Source of the DNA: a virus
IMG/VR virus record: IMGVR_UViG_3300045741_000352
Span: 1-64,000 of that record
Reading direction: 5' to 3' (one strand)
Length of the DNA stretch: 64,000 nucleotides
This document shows positions 62,734-64,000 of this stretch, one piece after another; within the stretch, counting starts at the first letter, position 1; every line of letters begins with the position of its first letter. The translations under genes were made by a program, and so were the position numbers. Under the pieces are notes generated by a model. It was given only the letters and a program-made list of their open reading frames with translations, searched no databases and was not told the DNA's origin.

Positions 62734-64000
62734 TTACGTATACACCATCTCCTTCGCCGTAGCCTCAAGCACTTTTCGCTCAGGGAGTTCCTTGAACTCT
62801 TTCTTTTCCCCGTAATTACTTCCCATACTGAACTCAGCGGGTACACTGAGTGCTACACCGTCATATTCACGTTCGACCTCAAGATGACTTTTGAGAAACA
62901 TCGCCACGTCGTACACTTCGTGTGGTGGACAACTGCATACAAGTGCATCGTGCTCCTGCATCATAACGACACTTTGCATATTTTCCGCATTCAACCAATT
63001 CCAGAGTGGCACCAGGGTACCGATATTGGTCAAATCCGCACACTCGGATTGCGGAAGAAAGTTATAACCTTTTCTGAAGAGATCGTCGTTCATCTCTTCG
63101 TAATGCACATCCCATATCCGGTCCCAACTATTTTTCAGGTATTTCTTGGTTCGCAGTTCTCGGCGTATCAATTGCTGCCATAACCTGATAGCAGGAAAGG
63201 CTCTATAGTAAGCTTCAAGCAGCACATCGCATTCTTCTGCCAGGTATGGCGTACCATCAGGATGTAGCGCACCATCTTTCATCAATCTGTCAGCCATCGT
63301 CTTCCCTTGCATGTCTCGCATGGCTGCGTGATTGACTGACTTTGCCATTTGCCTCTCTTCAGTGCCTTTCCCCACCTGTGCTATTGGCTTGTTGAACACA
63401 AGTGATGCAACGTAACTATGTTGATCAAAGTCGATACGTGCGCGTCCGAGCTTAATTAAGTCCGGGTCTTTTGTGCGTACAAAAACTATGCGACCTTCAA
63501 TTTGTGAGGCGTCAGCTTCCAATATGACGTGACCCGGTTCCGGCAGCACAGTGCGACGTATAGAAGGCCACTTCTTTGTGGAATCATCCCGGCTTGTATT
63601 TTGACTGTTCCTCCCTAGACCGTTGGGCGCTTTGCTGCTCGCTAATCGTGCCGCTTCTGTGTTGAGCTTCAACGTGAATCTGAAGCGACCATCGGTGTCG
63701 AACGTATTTGGGTAGAGAAAAGAGGCGAGTTTTTGGGCTTTATTGTGGTCAGCAGCGAGGTCTAGTATTTCGGTGATAGTGTGATCATCGGCGTACTGAA
63801 GTCGTAGCGTTCTAAGAGCCACTGCGTCAGCACTTGCCGTTTCCTCTCCTCCGCTACGGCGTCGTACCTGAACAGGAAGACCCAACGTCCCGTACAGTAA
63901 CTCCTTTAACTGTGTATTGGACACTGTTTTTTCTTCGATGGTCTGCAGCGACTTCTCGACTTGCTCTTTCCCGTACTTCAATTCAAGTCGTGCGAGAGTA
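62734..64000 (-). CDS. polA: family A DNA polymerase, C-terminal part (5' end beyond the window)
   Basis: Motif A ILEADASQIEGR, motif B RQMAKSVNHAAMRDMQ, motif C MQEHDAL. The reading frame stays open to base 64000. Confidence 0.85.
   Translation of the reverse strand, partial: TLARLELKYGKEQVEKSLQTIEEKTVSNTQLKELLYGTLGLPVQVRRRSGGEETASADAVALRTLRLQYADDHTITEILDLAADHNKAQKLASFLYPNTFDTDGRFRFTLKLNTEAARLASSKAPNGLGRNSQNTSRDDSTKKWPSIRRTVLPEPGHVILEADASQIEGRIVFVRTKDPDLIKLGRARIDFDQHSYVASLVFNKPIAQVGKGTEERQMAKSVNHAAMRDMQGKTMADRLMKDGALHPDGTPYLAEECDVLLEAYYRAFPAIRLWQQLIRRELRTKKYLKNSWDRIWDVHYEEMNDDLFRKGYNFLPQSECADLTNIGTLVPLWNWLNAENMQSVVMMQEHDALVCSCPPHEVYDVAMFLKSHLEVEREYDGVALSVPAEFSMGSNYGEKKEFKELPERKVLEATAKEMVYT

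Overview
The whole 64 kb window reads as double-stranded DNA bacteriophage sequence. I saw no host flank, rRNA, integrase or CRISPR. All family names rest on motifs I recognised by eye in the ORF-track translations; no searches were run.

Gene layout:
- 1-5895: replication and recombination genes (VRR-NUC nuclease, SSB-like protein, SNF2 helicase on the minus strand; HTH regulator and primase-polymerase on the plus strand).
- 5.9-14.6 kb: two repeat-rich regulatory regions bracket two RHH/DNA-binding genes, a leftward accessory island (RadC-JAB, DUF932-like, small unknowns) and terS.
- 14.6-52.3 kb: one rightward late operon. It holds terL, portal, scaffold-like protein, Mu gpT-like major capsid, several fibre/tailspike genes, four paralogous adaptor-like genes, and large internal-virion proteins, one with an SLT lysozyme domain. 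There is no tape measure or sheath, so the virion looks podovirus-like.
- 52.3-64 kb: a leftward operon with small secreted/membrane proteins, class II RNR, MazG-like hydrolase, dCTP deaminase, ThyX, a Gly-rich gene array, a candidate tRNA-Gln and the 3' part of a family A DNA polymerase.

Most unusual observations:
1. Four tandem paralogous genes (60679-61923, minus strand) encode almost pure (Gly-X)n peptides (X = Tyr/Ser/Asp/Asn). They share a MERID start and a conserved spacer without a Shine-Dalgarno sequence.
2. A 1.55 kb non-coding stretch between terS and terL carries four unrelated tandem-repeat families, including seven 11-bp GTGGACCTAGA units.
3. A 59-bp inverted repeat (58/59 identical) brackets the 8 kb accessory/terS segment. 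Collinear promoter-like modules and GTGGACAG dyads occur in both flanking regions.
4. A roughly 220-nt structured leader plus an intrinsic terminator lies between the tRNA and the next gene.
5. Two proteins with Sec-type signal peptides are embedded in the virion operon.
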